The notes beneath the pieces are model-generated. The model searched no databases. It saw nothing but the letters and a program-made list of their open reading frames with translations, and was not told where the DNA came from. Both the position numbers and the translations under genes were made by a program. Of a DNA stretch of 51,949 nucleotides, positions 49,793-51,949 are shown piece by piece (the first letter of the stretch is position 1; each line of letters starts with the position of its first letter). The stretch is from Vicugna vicugna. Its lineage: Eukaryota. The stretch is from assembly GCA_013265495.1 (NCBI GenBank), contig MU057801.1:3068765-3120713 (forward strand), written 5' to 3'.

Positions 49793-50589
49793 CTGTTACA
49801 ACAGGATGATAATAATTTTGTATTATCCATATAGGGGGAAAACACAAACTCATAGATGCCAAATGAGAACTCCATAGTTCTTTCAAGTAAAAAATATATC
49901 ACAATTTAACCAGAAAGTTCTCACTTTCAGTCATAAGAAAATGTACTATGTTCAACCTAGTCTAATGGATAAGGAAGGCTTGTTTAAATGAGCTTCCAGG
50001 AAAAAAAACAGGAAGCAATCATTTATAACAGGAGATGTTCTCCAAAAGAAATAACAACAAATTTGCCCCTGTGTATACTTTCCTGTTCTCCAAAGGGAGA
50101 ACTTAAGGCAGCATCATGATTTTGGAAAATTCTGAAGCACAGGAGAATTTTTCTGGCTGCAACAGTGACAGCTATTTCTCATATAAAGAGCCCGCTCAGC
50201 TCAAGTGGAGACCCTGAGCACCAGCCGGCCCCCACCAGGTTCCACACCTGGGCTTTACCAGGCAGCTGCTGAGCTGGTGCAGGTCTGCAACGGGCTGTTG
50301 CTAGACCACAGGTGCGGTAAGTCCAGAAACTGGCAGTAAGTGTTTAGAAACTCTCACGGCAACCTGACAGCGGCACAGCATCGAGGAGCCTCATCAGCGT
50401 AACAGAACCTAGACCAGCTCAGGTGCTGCTGAACTGGCCTAAAAAGTTACGTGCGGTGCCAGCTGAGGACCAGCCATGTGCAGCAAGACCACAAAATTAC
50501 AAGGTTTGTCAACTACAATCCAAAAGTATATAAAAATCAGAGAAAATGTAAGCATTTCTTTATTTTTATAACTTGTCCTTTCTATAATT

Positions 50590-51520
50590 TAAAATTTTAA
50601 TTAAGCCTTTAAACACTTTAAAATTGAAATAATTACAGATACATAGTAAATTGCAAAAAAAAAATTATAGAGAGATTCTATGTATCCTTCACCCAGTTTC
50701 CCCCAATTATACCATCCTATATAACTAGAGTATCTGAAGACCAGGAAATTGACATTGATACAATAAGAGATTACTCATATTTTGCCAGTTTTACACTGCA
50801 ATCATTTGTGAGTGTGTGCATGTACGTGTGAGTGTGTGTAGTTCTACAATGTTGTCACATGTGGATTCAGGTAACTGCAAGCACAATCAAGATATATCAC
50901 TGTCCCCCTCCAAGACTTCCACCTGCTGTCCACTAGAACTACCCGCCCACCCCAACCCCCAACCCTTGGCAACAAGTAATCTATTCTCCATGTCTGCAGT
51001 TTGGCTATTCCAGGAGGATTATACAATGGAATCATGTAATATCTAACTTTTTGAGATTAACTTTTTTTTTCATTTAGCCTAATTGCCTTGAGATTCTTTA
51101 AACTATCAGGTCTACCACTTCACACGTCCACAAGCAATGTGTAAGTAATCCAGGTTTCTCAAATCTTCACCAGAATTTGGTGTTGTCATTATTTTTTATA
51201 TTAGTTTTTTCTGATAGATGTCCAGTGATATTTCATCACGGTTTTAATTTCATGTCCCTAAAAGCTAATGAAGCTGAGCACCTTTTCACGCGTTTACTTG
51301 TCATCAGAACATCCTGTTGAAATGTCTTTTACCAATTTTCTAACTGAAATTTTTTTAATTTTTGTTTTTTCTTTTTTATTCTTGAGTTTTAAGGGTTCTT
51401 TATATATTCTAAATGTAAGACCTCTGCTGGATATGTGGCTTGCAGTCTCTCCAAGTCTGTAGCTTGTCTTTTCATCCAGTTCGTGGGTCGTTCACAGAAC
51501 AAATGATTTTAATTTGCTTT
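50590..51520 (-). mobile_element. L1 3' end and ORF2 fragments in a PTPN20 intron
   Basis: 'aattgaaataattacagat...tatccttcacccagtttccccc...ccaggaaattgacattgatacaat' and 'cccttggcaacaagtaatctattctcc'. Confidence 0.85.
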
Positions 51521-51529
51521 CCCCTAATG

Positions 51530-51949
51530 TCAGTGATGGCAAGAATGTCTTCTCTCTCCACTTACACTCAACACAACATTTGAAGTTCCAGGTGGTACAA
51601 TAGGACCAGAAAAAGAAATGAGAGGCAAATACATTGGGAAGGAAGAGATAAGTCTGTCCCTACTTGCACACAGAATGATCATCTATGTAGAAAGTCCCAA
51701 GGAATCTAAAAACAAAACAAAACAGAACAAAAAACCTCTTAAAACTGATGAGTTCAACAGGATCACAGGATACAAGATTACCATGTAAAAATCAATTGCA
51801 TTTCTACATAAATATACACACAATGAACATGACAGTAAAAACATAATACTATTTATAACTGCTCCAAAGAAAATGAAATAGGCTAAACCAAAAAAAACCA
51901 AAAAAAAACAAAACAAAACTACAGAATCTGTATGCTGAAAATGACAAAA
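51530..51949 (+). mobile_element. L1 ORF2 (RT region) fragment
   Basis: 'aagaaatgagaggcaaatacattgggaaggaagagataa...atctatgtagaaagtccc...caggatacaagatta...aaaaatcaattgcatttctacata'. Confidence 0.85.

Overview
Mammalian genomic DNA, most likely camelid: it carries several ~120-bp tRNA-derived SINEs of the vic-1 type. There is no prokaryotic content, CRISPR array, rRNA or true tRNA gene. The only protein-coding gene I can name is on the minus strand at the right end: the last two coding exons of the tyrosine phosphatase PTPN20 (49730-49792 FNIMNIVGQMREQRCGMIQTK; 48854-48919 EQYIFCYKIVHEVLHKLLTLK*), followed by a ~1.7-kb 3' UTR. At the left end is a CpG-island promoter (~560-1465) with first-exon signals on both strands and a canonical + strand internal exon at 2043-2136; I could not identify that gene. 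Most of the rest is interspersed repeat: L1 fragments (two apparently 5'-inverted), ERV1/ERV2/ERVL/MaLR LTRs, MIR, L2, MER58A and microsatellites, plus a 148-nt assembly gap. Most ORFs in the supplied track are repeat-derived or chance ORFs. The most notable leads are the bidirectional promoter with MYB/RFX/ETS-like motifs, an orphan CpG-island fragment fused to an L1 piece at 13.4-13.8 kb, a possible rearrangement boundary near 32-33 kb, and a candidate small spliced transcript downstream of a solo LTR at 38.7-40.4 kb. Repeat family names come from recalled consensus motifs, not a database search, and repeat boundaries are approximate.
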